A DNA stretch of 64,000 nt. Origin: Podarcis bocagei (lineage: Eukaryota). This document shows, one piece after another, positions 11,118 through 24,969 of this stretch. A program made the position numbers and the translations under genes. The stretch lies in assembly GCA_964188305.1 (NCBI GenBank), contig OZ076885.1, one strand, 5' to 3'. The notes beneath the pieces are model-generated. The model was not told where the DNA came from and made no database searches. It saw nothing but the letters and a program-made list of their open reading frames with translations. The number at the start of each line of letters is the position of its first letter. Within the stretch, counting starts at the first letter, position 1.

Positions 11118-12412
11118 TATTTTATTCCATCGCCCATCTGTTTTCTGCCCCACCATCCAACAGTTAGCATTCTCTTTCCGCTGAGTCGCCTACGTTGCCT
11201 TCAGTATTTTGTGTGTGTACATCTATAAATTTCATTTCCTATTTGTGGTTTTTGAAAACCCGTACAAATCAGCAACAGATTAGCACACTTATTCAAAGAC
11301 AGGAGGCAAGATATCTGTACACAGTATATGCAGCTGCTCTTGCTTTGTTTCTTGGTGAGCTTCTCCATCAGTGCAATTTGCCTTGGTTTGATGTATCAAC
11401 AGTCCAAATCTGTCCCTTTCAAGTCTTTCTAGTAATGTGCCATTGTCACTCTTGCTGCTAATAGCTTATGACTGATTAAAGTTTTAAAATGTAACATTCT
11501 CATGTTCTTGAGCAAGGAGGGTTTTTTTTTGTTTTTTTTACAATATGGGTACCAATTATTTTGTCCATTTCCAGAAAAAAATATCCCAAAATTTTGCTAC
11601 CTCACACAGGTTCTCCAGCACCATGCTGAAAGTGTGGGATTGAAGTATTGCATTTTCACAAGGGTTTCCCTGAGTCAGCGACATACAGACCAGCCGTGGA
11701 ATATCTGCGATTGCTTTTAGCTTATAAGATGATACTGTGTGGCCCTCCATATATCACTGGCCTACACCTCCCATCTTCCCCAACTATTGGTCATGCTGGC
11801 TGCAGCTGATGGGCTGCAGGTTCCCCATCTCTTCTGTACTGTATGTGTCAAAAGTGGAAATAAAGAAAGGGAAACAGAGAGGGGGGAATGCAAGCAAATG
11901 GAGACTGAGAGCACAACCTGTTTTCTGTTCTGTGGCCTCAAATGCAGGGAATTGTGGGGAAGTTACTGTAAATTCTTGGACACTGTGCATAGCTCAAACA
12001 GTTGCAGCATCATAGCCAGAGAAACATTTCCCCTTAACGGCTCAGAAGGATCGTCAGTTTGCAGTCCAGAGGTCATTTTCCTCATCTTTAGCTGACCCTG
12101 CACTGCTAAAGAGACATCTTTGCTTGCTCAAGTACTTTCAAGTTGTCCAAAGCAGGTTCAGAGGCAGCCCAAGACATTTTGCTGCCTGAGGCAGTGCAGC
12201 AATTTCCTCCTCCGGAGGTCGTAGTGCATCAGTAGCAAAGACAGGTCAAGTTATTTTGACGCCTGAGGCAAAGAAGGCAAAACAAAAGCTCATAAGCATC
12301 TCTCCCACCTCTTCTTGTAGGTGAAAAGACAACGAGAATTGTATTTTGCAGCCCTTTCCATAGGCATCTGTTTGGGCACTGTGAGGAAGCTAGCTCACTA
12401 GTTAATGCTAAA

Positions 12413-12465
12413 TCAACTTAATTTAATTAATTAATTAATTAATTAATTAATTAATTAAGTTAATT
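12413..12465. repeat. (TTAA)n microsatellite
   Basis: Directly visible tandem TTAA run. Confidence 0.9.
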
Positions 12466-14077
12466 GCTAAATAGGGTATGTTGTCTTTGGGACACAGAAA
12501 GTGACCTGCAATTTTTGACATTTTTTTTATTGTCTGGTTTTGCAACTTTTTATTGGGCATCAAAACTCTGCCAAATCCGTTTGACCTGAGACTGGTCTTA
12601 CTCTGTGCCAAAAGCAGAGCACTGACCCCATGGGCTCTGAGATACTCATAAGAACATAAGAGATATGCAGGATCAGGCCAAGTCCAGCACCCTGTTCTCA
12701 AAGTGACCAACCAGATGCCTATTGAAAGTAAGCAAATGGGACCTGAGTGCAACAGTAGTCTCTATAGGTCTGGTTCCCCAGCAACTGGAATATTCAGAGG
12801 CACATTGGTAGAACATAGCGAGAGAACATAGCTGTCATGGTTAGTAGCCCTTCTTCCCTGATACGTCACCTGTTTCACAGCTGAGCCCTGACATTTGAAA
12901 CAGGTCGGCTTGCTAGATGCTTTGAGGGGTGACTGTAAAGTGAGCTGTACTGTACAGTCTTCCTGTCTAATAAGGCACCAGACACAGCTATGTGTTTTTG
13001 AAATGGTACAATCAGCTTTGCACTTGATATGTAACAGTCTCAGTGCAGCAAGATGAGATAAGGAGGCGCGGGGGGGGGGGGGGGAGGCAAGGAGACCTCT
13101 AGAACTTGCAAGCAAACCGAACACAAGAGGACAGTGGCTGCGCAGGGAAGCAATTAGAGACGGATCCGGAAAAGAGAGCAAGACTGAACACAGAGAGGAT
13201 TAGAACATAAGCATCTTTTAAGATCAGAACATCCCAACCGCTGTCTTCCCAGAGCCTGTCCCTAGGGGATGGGCCATATGAGTGGCAGCAGGATATAGAG
13301 GATAGAAAGCTTTTTATCTGTGGGATGCTAGTTTAAACCCAACAAAGGCTAAATCAATATTTGAAGCCATTTGTATATTCAGCACATTTTGCTTGTTTGT
13401 TCCTGCCTCCGTTGCATTTAGAATCCATTTGAAAATGAAATTCACAAGGAGACTGTGACATTTGGCCTCAGCCAGATGTTTCCCAATAGTTATTATTTTG
13501 AGTCTTATTAATTTGCTATTTTCGTATTATGGGATTGTCTCCTCGCCATCACAATTCACAAGGCAACCTTTTATTTGATGGATGAGTGAATAAATAAGAA
13601 GTGTGGGGTGACACGAGGCTCTAATGAGCTGAGCTTAAATATTTGACTAATCAAAGGATTGCTTTTGATTTATTCATTTATACATTAATTAATTCATTTA
13701 TTAAAAACAGACAAACATCAGATTTATTAAAGGTCTGCAGAGCATGCAAGATCAGTTAACATATTGTTAGCTGATTAACAACTGAATGAGAAGACACTGT
13801 AAACCCAAGGTTGCTAAGTGAACAAAATCAGTTTCTATATCTCACAAACGACCTCCCGCGGTCTCATTATTAAAAGCTGAATTGTTGATACAGCAGCGCC
13901 TTCATAGGATTAGGTCAGGGAGTTCCAGCACGGGCATGAGGGCAAAACTGGTGCTGGGAGCTAAGATCTGAGCTCAGTTCCACCCCTCCACTACAAGCAA
14001 GAGCAATATGTTCTTTGTCAGGAAACAGTAACCAACATGACTGTGGTGCATCATAGGTACAATTCATACAGTATGGC

Positions 14078-14215
14078 AGGGGTCCCATGTAATGACCTCC
14101 AAAGGTTGTTGGACACCAACTCCCATCATCCCTGCCCATTGGTCATGCTAGCTGGGGCTGATGGGAGTTGGAGCCCAACAACATCTGGGGGGCCTCACAT
14201 TGACTGCTCCTGCAG
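14078..14215. mobile_element. Short palindromic hAT-type MITE; related degraded copies near 11737-11830, 22763-22830 and 30157-30275
   Basis: Internal inverted repeat (tgttggacaccaactcccatca ... tgatgggagttggagcccaaca) similar to the intact copy at 53866-54000. Boundaries are approximate. Confidence 0.55.
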
Positions 14216-15569
14216 CAGGCGATCTGGTGTGCCGGTTGGGGATGGGAAGTCTGGGTCTTCTGGCACCTCATTTAAAAATAAAAAAGACTGTGTTGTTATT
14301 ATTTTAAAAATAACCGCAAACTTGCCAAACTTTAATTTGAAACACCCACTCTCCAGCCTGGTAACCTGAAATGTCCTCCTGATGCAGGATTTTTTAAAAA
14401 ATGGCTACTGGATGTGGAGGAAGATTCAGTCCTATTAGGGTTAACAGAAGAGGGCAAAGCTAAGATCAGGAAATGGGTGGAGGCTGAAGAGCTTCCTAAA
14501 CTTCTAATTTAGGATTAAGAGTTGCAGATAAATTAAGAGTTGCAGATAATTAAGAGTTGCAGATAAAAGTGGTTCATGGGCCCAAGGTCTCACTCGGTAG
14601 AAGGCCATTCCCTATGCTCCTAGTGTCTGCTTTCTCTTGCTGAGGTTATTCAGGTTCGAACTTGTGGAACTGATTAGGCTTCAAAGCTGCAGCTCACCCC
14701 AAGAGCTATTTGCTGGTGCAGATGTGTAAGCAGTTGGTGGGTGGTGAAAAGCTATGGACTGCTTTTTAAAAAGCCCAGGGATGCTGCCCAGAGGTGCCAC
14801 TGTGCAAATTGCTGTTTGTGGCGTGACAGTTAAAGAGAGGCTTCTGCAGCAGGCTTTGAGCCAAATTTGTATTTATAAAAGGCAAAAAGGCAGGGATGAG
14901 AAAATCATTACATAACAATGAGAGGACCAGGCACGAGAAACGAAACCGTTGAAAACTCTTTGCGTCTTCAGCTTACCCAGGAAGAGCAGAGAATTGCCAG
15001 AACTAATCTCTCATTAGGCCCTTAGCATCACCCAGAGGAAAGAGCTCGGTTTCTGGGCCAGGAGATTTACCGGCTGGCTGGTGTTACTGACTATATTCAT
15101 TTTTGCAATTTGTGGATGTGAAGCAGGTTGGCTCTGCTGAATATTACCTCTTAACTCCCTGAGAATGGCAAAAATGCTTCCCTTCTGAGAAACTCCATCC
15201 CCTGCCCACCTGCACGCACACACCCCTCTAATCCAGGCAAGCACACAAAAGGCTCCTGTGCAGGATGATAAAAGACACAGCATCTCTGCCTTTGACTCTG
15301 TTTGGATCCCACATGCAGGGACTCTATAGATTTGGATGGCAAGAAATTGGGCATCCATATACTTACAGTACATTTCTACCTCACAGAGGAGGCATCTGGA
15401 GAAGGCTTAAGTTGGCAGAGTGGGATATGCATTTCAATGGTCTAATGCGTGCCCTGCACAGCTCCACATTCAGATCCTGGGAATACCGGGCACACAATCC
15501 ACCCAAGTGTTATCTGCTTTTTAAGTCCCATTTAGCCAACTGCATGCTGTCTGTCCAGATTCATATTCT

Positions 15570-17154
15570 TTTTTTTTTTTATAAGATTTTTATTGGTTTT
15601 GCAAATTTTTTAAAAAACAAACAAACACTTAAGAAAACAAACAAACACGTATAATTTCGTAACATATTTTCATAAACCTCTTTTCTGGGACTTCCCCATA
15701 CCCCCCCTTTCTGCATCCCAATGTCCATAATTTTATAGCAACTCCCAGTTGTTACTTTCCAACCTCAGTCATCTTAGTCCTCTCTATATTCTAACCTTAT
15801 GTCACTGTATCCCTTTGTTCCTAAGAACCAAAACACTCTAGCATTCATTGAGTTTATAATAGTCCTTAAGGTAACTTTTGAATTTTCTCCATTCTTCTTC
15901 CGCTGTCTCTTTTCCTTGGTCACGGATTCTGCCTGTCATCTCGGCCAGTGTCATATAGTCCATCACTTTCATCTGCCATTCTTCCAGAGTGGGTAGATCT
16001 TGTGTCTTCCAATGCTTTGCGATGAGTATTCTTGCTGCTGTTGTAGCGTACATGAAAAAAACTCTATCCTTCTTTGACACCAATTGGCCGACAATGCCCA
16101 GGAGAAAGGCCTCTGGTTTTTTAGGAAAGGTACATTTAAGTACCTTTTTTATTTCATTATAGATCATTTCCCAGAAAGCCTTTATCTTCGGGCATGTCCA
16201 CCAAAGGTGGTAGAAGGTACCTTCAGTCTCTTTGCATTTCCAACATTTGTTATCGGGCAGATGATAAATTTTTGCCAGCTTGACTGGGGTCATGTACCAC
16301 CTGTATACCATTTTCATAATGTTTTCCTTTAAGGCATTACATGCCGTAAATTTGATACCGGTGTTCCATAACCATTCCCAGTCATCTGACATGATGTTAT
16401 GACCAACATCCTGTGCCCACTTAATCATGGCTGATTTGACTGTTTCCTCCTGTGTATTCCATTTCAGCAACAAGTTATACATTCTAGATAAATTCTTAGT
16501 ACTAGGTTCTAACAATTCAGTTTCTAGTTTAGATTTTTCCATCTGGAAGCCAATTTTCCTGTCCTGTTTGAAAAATTCCACTATTTGATGGTATTGAAAC
16601 CAATTTTGTACCTTATGCTTCAGTTTCTCATAACTTTGCAATTTCAACTTATCTCCATCCTGTTCCAAAATTTCCCAATACTTCGGCCATCCGACCTCCA
16701 TATTGAGTTTCTTCACTGCCTTGGCCTCCACTGGTGAGACCCATCTAGGGGTTTTGTTTTCCAACAGATCTTTATATCTTCTCCAAACATTAAACAATGC
16801 TTTTCTAACAATGTGATTCTTAAAGACACTATTAACTTTGTCATACCATAGATATGCATGCCAACCAAAAGCATTGTTAAAACCTTCCAGATCTAAGATG
16901 TCTGTATTTTCGAGGAGCATCCATTCTTTCAGCCAGCAAAATGCTGCTGCCTCATAGTACAATTTCAAGTCCGGCAGGGCAAAACCCCCTCTTTCTTTAG
17001 CATCTGTCAATATTTTAAATTTAATTCTGGGCTTTTTGCCCTGCCAGACAAATTTCGAGATATCTTTCTGCCACCTCTTAAAACATTCCATCTTATCCAG
17101 GATCTGCAAGGTCTGGAACAAAAATAACATTCTAGGCAATACATTCATTTTGAA
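15570..17154 (-). mobile_element. 5'-truncated L1/Tx1-clade LINE with an intact ORF2 C-terminal part
   Basis: ORF 15838-17166 has the C-terminal CCHC knuckle CWKC-x8-H-x4-C. Poly(A) tail appears as a T run at 15570-15580. 17-bp TSD GTCCAGATTCATATTCT (15553-15569 and 17155-17171). The called ORF start lies in the TSD and is spurious. Confidence 0.92.
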
Positions 17155-19553
17155 GTCCAGATTCATATTCTGGCTTCACACCTGTATGCAGTAGTTTCAG
17201 GTATTTGAGGGTTCTTGAGCAAAGGAATGCAGTCCCTCCCCACCACTGTCCATTCAAGGGTCCTCTTCCCCTGTGTCTAAGCTGTACAGCTACCTGGGGA
17301 AAACCCATAAAGTGAGCAGCAGCAGGCAGTGACGGCAGAGCAGCAACAGGAGGGGGACCTGAAGGTTGGCAGAAGGCTCCAACAAATGCCCACTCCTGGT
17401 ACTAGGCCTGTCTCTATGGTCCATGTACCACACCCTTTTTACTGCAGTGTAGTGGGAATATACAAAGCACAGCTTTTCTGCTGCAGAGGCAATGTAGGGT
17501 TCCCATAGGAATTTATCTACGACCAGCCACTGCTGCTCTAAGTGCAGATTTTCAATAATCAGATACCCTGATCCTAAGCCAATTACTCATAAATAAAAGA
17601 GCAGGGTTCAGATCCCCACTCAGTCATAAAGCACTGAGCAGACCATGTTTCCTTGAATAGTTAACTTCACTTGTGCCATGTGATTTATTGCTGACCCGCT
17701 CCTGATACCCACTCCCAACAAAGTCTCAAGGTATCAGCGTCCACCAACATTTTAGTGCATCAAAGCCTGGAGAGGAGTCATCCGGGAGAATCCTGGTAAA
17801 AATGGACTCAGGGACATGCTGAAATAGTTATTAGACACATTCACCAAAGCAGCCCCAATATTTTCAGCTACATTGCAGTTTGGTATGAACTGTGAAAATG
17901 CACACCTCTGTGTTAGAATAAGGTTGCAATACTATGCAAACTTAGAAGCAAGGGCCATTGAACACGCATCAGAACATGGGGTTTGATCACTGAACATGAT
18001 CAGATCACAAGATAGCCCTGCAAACATACACATAGGTGCACCTATTTTTAAAATATTGCCTAGTGACTGGGTCAAACCAAGAACAGTTCCAGCTCATACT
18101 TTAGACATTGCTGCTGAGAGGGGCTTATAGGGGTCTAGCTCAGGGATTGACAGTTTGGCAACTTTGAGGTCTTCCGCAGCAAACATGAAGTCTCTGAGCC
18201 CTGCTTCCCTAGTCACTGCCCCTTAGTCATGCAGCAGTAGGGGTGGTTAACGTTTAATTTCTTGAAGAGTAAGCCAAATGAAGGAGGCAGCTGACATCCC
18301 ATGTCCTCTTTCAGCTTTATATGCATTTAAAGGCAAAGTTTAATTCTATTGGATCCAACTTTTACTCAGACCCCTTGGCAAAGTGGTGGGGTGTGCTTCT
18401 CTTACAATTTCTCTGGGAGCGGGGCAATCTGGGGGAGAGAAGCAGCCAGAAGGTGCTATTCAGAGAACATGCTAAACAAAAATTTCCCAATGTGCCAATG
18501 GCCCTAAAAGGTTGCCAACCCCTGGCCTAACAAGTCACAAACACCTCGTAGCAGATTCTGCATCACCTCTGCTTAAAAAATGAAAGGATGACTGGAAACA
18601 CGCACAATAAAAGCAAAGAGAAGATGATTAAATACGCTTTTATTTAGAAGAGTGTAAAAATACCCCATTTGTTTAAAAACTGGCAGTTTAAAAATATATG
18701 TTGGTAACAGATATGTGGCTTATACCATTGAGTGAGTTATGCCTCCAAGCCAAAACAAGCAGAAAAAGTACTTGAGTCTGGGCTTGTGATTCCATTTGGT
18801 AGAGGTACAAATTCTGTCTGGAGGGAAGAGCTACAAACATTCACTTTTGTCTATGGCTTATTTCTGCCCAGAACAAAGCAGCTGAACACTACTTGCCATT
18901 GGTTCTACATGAGTATCTTTGGCTTATAAGGAGCTGGAAATGAAACACGCTTTTCCAGCATATGCATGCACACACACACACAAAAACACAACATTGTGGT
19001 TTGTTCTGTTGTCATCACAATCATGACAATCAGCTTTAGCTTTCAAGAAGGCACTTGCCTTTACTGTCCGATATACATACTGGCATGCTGGTGAAACATA
19101 CGAGACCGAGATTCTCAGAGCAATCTCTTCAACACCCCATTCTTCTATCCCGATATGCAGCACTATAGAGAAACTGGTATTAAAAGTAATAATTGAGTGA
19201 ACAGCACCCTCACTTCACCAGCAAGCTCATCATCCAAGAGGAAGATGAAAGGTAGAAGTCTAGAAGGAGGAGGTATGAAAGAACCCAAAACAAAACACAC
19301 GACAGGAAAGTCAAGAGATGGAGAGAGCTTTTAACAGGTCACTGGAGTGACAATTGGTAAGATAGTATCCCAGAATCTTTCTTCTCCTGTACAGAAGTTC
19401 CATTAAGTATTTGCATGTTCTTGCTTAGCTATGAGTGAAAGACTCACAAGAGAGCATCAACAGTCTAGGAGGGAATCAGGGAGTAAGTGAAGACAGGCAG
19501 AAAACAGTTGCCTCTTATTGAAGATACATGGAGATAATAAGCTTCCCAGAACT

Positions 19554-22359
19554 TCATTCTTCATCCAGGTGCTTGGCAGAGCGCCTCTGCCTGCGCTGCA
19601 GCTCTGCCACTTGACACTTCAAGCTGCGCACTTCGGCTTCTAGTCGGGCCCCGGAGTGGTTTGACCCACTCAGCCAACCAAGCAGGACATACAGTGTAAG
19701 TAAACCTGACAGAAGCATAGTTTGCACAGAGCGATCAGGCACTGAGGTGACAATAAACATAAAGCAGGCCCCAAAGAGGACAAACTTGAGGCCCCACATG
19801 ATGCGGCTCAAGATGGCGACCAACACACTCAACAGGAGCGACAACACCCAATAACCAAGCAGAGCAGCCAGGCCCCAGAGCAGCGCTGTCTGCACCTGTT
19901 CAGGGTTTAGCTTCAGGAACTGAGTTGCACGCTCCCCTGGAACACAAAGGAGAAAGGGAAAAGTTTTATAAAATCATTCAACCCAGTGTGGCACTACACC
20001 ATTTCATGACTATGGCACCACTACATTCCAGAAGGAAGCATCCCTCCCACAATGCATGGGTAAAGGCTCCGCTACTAGTCCTAAGATGCTGCTGCTGCTG
20101 CTGCTAATAGTAATAATAATAATAATAAGTTTGCATAATAAGTTTGATAATAAGTATCAGCAGCAAGAATACTACTGGCCCAAAAATGGAAGCAGGAAGA
20201 ATTACCATCGATAGAAGAATGGAGAATGAAATTAATGGACTACGCAGAATTAGATAAACTAACAGGAAGGATCCGAAACCGATGAGATCACAAGTTTACC
20301 AAGGACTGGAGCCAATTTATGGACTGACTATATGAAAAGCATTTGTGATACGCAAATAACGTTTGTGGGTTTACAGGAAGCTTTGTGAAGAAATAATATT
20401 AGAAACACTGTAAAAAAGGGAATAAGGGAATAGGTTTATTTAAAATAAAAGGCAATGTTAAATTTAGAATTGCGGATAGAAAATTAGAAAACGGAAGATT
20501 CGCGGATGAGCCGAAGGAAGTCAAAATTATGTATTTGTGATAATATTGAAAATGTATGTTTAAATCTTGTATTGGAAACTGAATAAAAATAATTTAAAAG
20601 AAACTATTTAAAAGAAACTATTTACCTGAAATACGTTAAAATTAGATAATAAACGGCTTTTGAACAATATTTTCTGAACACTTTTTACAAAATCCATTTC
20701 ACTTTTGGTGGTGTTGTCACCTTTGTCATTTTAAAAAGATCAGATTCAATTTGAAAGCTTTAACCCACTGACCCTGAAAATCAATTTTATACACACAGAC
20801 GAAACACGGGGTTGGAATCTAATTAACCACTTCTGGATGCTTAAAGACTTGGATATGCCTAGAGGGATTTAAATCTGTACAACATTATCTGCCACAATCA
20901 AAAACACCATTTGGAAAGTCACATCCAGTTCACAAGCAGGAAGTGTATGTCTGAGAAATGCAAACACCTCTTGGGCAAACATGACTCATGCTGCATCTCT
21001 GAGCCAAAATAACAATAAGAACAATAATAAATTAGGAACCAGTATGGGTTCAATCGTATTCCTATATGCCAATCCCAACCCTGCTCCATCCCACCACCAC
21101 CACTGACATAAGTTTAACATCACAAACCTATGCTTTATTTGCTTGGAAGACAGTCCTACTGAGTTGAGTAGGGCTGCAGCCTAGGTTGCTCATGCTTTAA
21201 AGACAAATAAGTAAGAAAGGGGGACTGAATATGCGACATCTTTTGGACTCCTGGGGTGGTATTCAGCTAAGTTTGTCACAGAGTAAACCCACTGAAATTA
21301 ACAAACATGGCTAAATTATGTTAATCAATTTCAATGGGTCTGCTCTAAGTAAAATTTAGTTGAACACCACTACCCTGTCTTTCCATCCAACCTATCTCCT
21401 GGTCACTTACCAGCTATTCCAAAGGAAGTAAGGAGCTGCCCTGTAATTTGAGCCACAACAAATAGTGCTGAAGAGATCCCAGAGGACACCATCCAGACCA
21501 GGGAAGAAATATTCTGCAAGAAGAGAAGATGCACACTTGGGTGTTTTCTATTCACTCCATTACCAGCTGTCAGAATTCAAAAGGGCTGTCCCTTTTGTCA
21601 GAACCCATCTGCTTGGGTAACGAAATGTAGCGATGGATAGCTCCCTCAGCTGATGAAATGAGTGGGAAAAGAGCAACAAGATGACATAAAACTGGTCAAA
21701 ATCAGTTTTGTCATAGATTTAATTTAATCATCTAGAAAAAGCAGATGGTACAACTCTCCTTGGACTCATACCAACTCTGAACAAAGCTAAAGGAATGTAT
21801 GCTGGAAATGTTCCCTCTTGTTCAAAATCCCAACACAAAGTAAACTAGCATGTCAAGGCAAAACTCTGACTGGTTTCCCCATCACCACCACATAGCAAAG
21901 TGTTCAATTCTGTAATCCCCAACTGAATTCTAAAGTGGTTCAATCCAGAAAGACCTGTTCTCTGTGCTTTCCCCCCTAAACATTTAGCTTATTTGTCCAC
22001 CAGTTAGCGACTTGCCACAGATACATGAAAACCACTAAATATCATCATCATCATTTTATTGAATTTATATACCGCCCTATACTCCCAGGTATAGGGGCAG
22101 TTCACATGAACTTCTTTCTTACCTCATTCAATATTCTAAAGTTCTCTCGTCCAATCAAATCCTCAATTGTCTCGCTCATGGCACGACCCACTTGGGACAG
22201 AAAGTCCGGTTCGGCATACTTTGCTCGCTTTGGCTCATTCCGGTACTGCTGGGCATCGGTTATTCCTATGTGAGTGAGCACAAGCAGTGCTACTACGGCC
22301 AAAATTGGTTTTGGCAGGGGCTGGAAGCAGCTCCGTAAGGAGAGGCCCCATCGAGTCAT
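19554..22359 (-). CDS. TMEM109: TMEM109 (mitsugumin-23 / BRI3BP family), 240 aa, 3 coding exons
   Basis: Exons 22359-22123 (237 nt), 21513-21411 (103 nt) and 19936-19554 (383 nt), all GT-AG and in frame (723 nt). Motifs FLKLNPEQVQTALLWG...YW and LEAEVRSLKCQVAELQRRQRR. Non-coding first exon with donor at 23363; AATAAA at 18644-18639. Confidence 0.93.
20150..20600 (+). mobile_element. Degraded L1/Tx1-clade LINE 3' fragment in a TMEM109 intron
   Basis: Encodes AARILLAQKWKQEELPSIEEWRMKLMDYAELDKLTGRIRN, homologous to AARILIAKHWKTQDLPTLEEWQMKVMDY in the 15.6-17.2 kb copy. Confidence 0.75.
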
Positions 22360-23363
22360 GACTCCTGCTGTTGTCTTTGCAACGAACTTCTCTGCAAAAT
22401 AGGAGAGATCCCTAAAGTCATGTTTATCTGGTACTGCAAGCAATCTAAGGAGTGACAAGGATGACATTTTAGCCATGCAAATATATGCCACCTCTTCTCA
22501 CTACAACACCCACTACATAAAGAGAAATTAAGTAGGAAGGTGAGCAGAGCAGACTACTAAACTAGATGAAACCATTAGTTCCATTGCCCCATGCCAGAGT
22601 CAAATGCAAGCAAAATGGATTCTGCATACAGTACAAACAAAAAGTCGAACTTCATGCAAGAGGATGACCTGTACTAAGTACATTTTGCATGCAACAAGAC
22701 AAACTGTGTTGAACAATAGATGTAACTGGATGAAGCACACACCCTCTGTACAAACACTAAGCCAGGGGTTGGGAACCTATGGCTCTCTGGATTAAGTTGA
22801 GCTCCAGCTCCCATTAGCCCCAGGCTAATAGGCAGATCAAGCAGCTCTCTAATGAACGCTGAAGACCATCGTACTCCTGTCTGCTCTGCAGTATTTTTCT
22901 AGCAACCTATACACAGAAGGACGCAGGGGGTCTACAAAGAGGAAGGTGAGACTCTCTCTTGCGGGTGCAGGACTGACTTGGTCTCAAATCACTGGGTGAA
23001 AAGTCTAAATAAAGGGCCACGACCCCACATCCCCCTCCCGTTTCTCTTACAGAGATACAACCTCACTCCGCCTCCCAAACACAATTCCTCCTCCCCTGTT
23101 TTTCTTCCCATTTTCTGAAGCCCCTCCTTAGCCTGACTTAGTCTCTCCCCCTGCACCTGTTTACAGAAGCGCAGGAGATGGCCTGCTCCCGCCTTGAAGT
23201 CGTTAATGGCAAGAGGGAGCTCTTGCTCCTGGCTGCTCCCGAGAGATTCGCGCTAAGATTCCCACCAGCAGCGCCGACCTGAGCAGGAGGGCGCACGCGC
23301 CGAACGGGGGCTGCTGATTGGCCGCCGCCGCCGAGGAGAAAAAGCAGAGACGGGGCTGCTTAC

Positions 23364-24969
23364 CTGGGTACTTGGCCTAGAGGGGAAGTCCGGAGCGAGC
23401 AGCTTTATCGCCCCCCCACTGTCTTTCCATTCAGATATAGCTCCAATCCCCGTTGCACTCTGGGAAATGCAGTCCAAAAGGAACGAGCAAGGGGCGCCAC
23501 GCTCTATCCAGGAGCATGCCGGGAATTGCAGTTCTTCTTTACAGCGACTTTCACACCAGTTAAAGCAACCACACGCTTCCAATTATAGCGACAGATAAAC
23601 TTTGCTGTCTGCTTCCCGCGAGAGTCCTTCCCGCCGCAAATAGTGCGTCGGATCCAATCACAATTAGGCTCGAGGGTCGTTACTGGGATTTTACATTGTC
23701 ATTCGGTGGGTGGTGCCGCCTTCAGGCTCCTAATTATGGAAGATATCTAGGTTCTTATCTCGATATGAAACTTCAAGGCTCCTTAAGGCATTTCTGCTGC
23801 CGCTTCTCTTCCCTGGGATAGAAGGGGAGATCTTTTTACGAAGTCAGGAGGGAACCTATATTGCAGCGCATGTAGCTTTAATTAACAAGAAGAAATAGCA
23901 AAGAGAGCGGCTCCCCTCTAACTTGGGGAGTTTATATCACGCGAAACCTATGATCTGACTTTTGAGCGTTTTCTGCACGCTTAAGAAAAGGATATACGAC
24001 GCTCCTGCGGTGTATTAACATCACAGGGCAGAGATGGAGTTGAGACTGGGCTGGATTTTCAGCAAAACATTCTCCTTACCAAACGCGTATCGGATAGCAC
24101 TACAGTGGTACCTCAGGTTACATACGCTTCAGGTTACAGACTCCGCTAACCCAAAAATATTACCTCGGGTTAAGTACTTTGCTTCAGGATGAGAACAGAA
24201 ATCGTGCTCCAGCGGCGCGGCAGCAGCAGGAAGCCCCATTAGCTAAAGTGGTGCTTCAGGTTAAGAACAGTTTCAGGTTAAGAACGGACCTCCGGAACGA
24301 ATTAAGTTCTTAACCCGAGGTACCACTGTAATAACCTCGTTAAACTGCAGAGGACAGCAAGAACCACTTCTGCTCTCCTGGACAGCGTTCAGGTTTGTGC
24401 CCCGCTGCCCTGGCGTGCGAACACCCTGCACTTCCCAATGTACAGTACTTTAAAAACAAATACCTACGAAATAAGAGCTAGAAGGAGCAGCAGCTGCTGC
24501 TCCATCTGCTACTGCAACCCGATGGATGCATTCCAATTCTTTAGCTCTCCATTGTTCTCTTGAATTTTGCCGCGAGAAAGAGGGGCGCGGAGCAAGAGCG
24601 GAAAGGCTTCCAAATACGGATTGGCACGCGCACAGCCGAACGCGGCTTCTCCTCGGTCCCAATGCATGCCGGGAGTTGTAGTTGTTGATCGGCACCGCTG
24701 GAGCCCTCCGGATCCGGAAGGTGGTTGCCTTTCCTGGTCCGTTTGGCCTCGCAGCGATTCCTTTGCTTTCCTTCCTTCCGGAAGTGCGGGGGCGGGAGGA
24801 AGAAGAAGAAGATTCCGCTTCCGGCCGACTGCTGGAGTCTCCCGCGCGCTGGCGTCTGGCGCGCGGTACAGTTTAAAGAAGCTGGCCCCGGCCACCGGAA
24901 GTAGAATCCTCCTCCTCGATCTCGTGGCCCGGAAGTGGCCGTGAGGTAGAGACCGAAGAGGCGCTCGCC
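23364..24969. promoter_or_regulatory. Head-to-head TMEM109/PRPF19 promoter region with ZNF143 (SBS) and ETS motifs
   Basis: SBS-like motifs at 23455-23473 (rc ACTGCATTTCCCAGAGTGC), 23514-23532 and 24664-24682 (rc ACTACAACTCCCGGCATGC). Several CCGGAAG(T) ETS sites at 24714-24936. CpG-rich at both ends. Confidence 0.75.
24103..24328. mobile_element. Tc1/mariner (Tigger-like) MITE
   Basis: TIRs CAGTGGTACCTC...GAGGTACCACTG, flanked by a TA duplication. Confidence 0.88.

Noticed and set aside
15838-17166. 442-aa host gene
   Set aside because: It is the C-terminal part of a LINE ORF2; the apparent start codon comes from the TSD.
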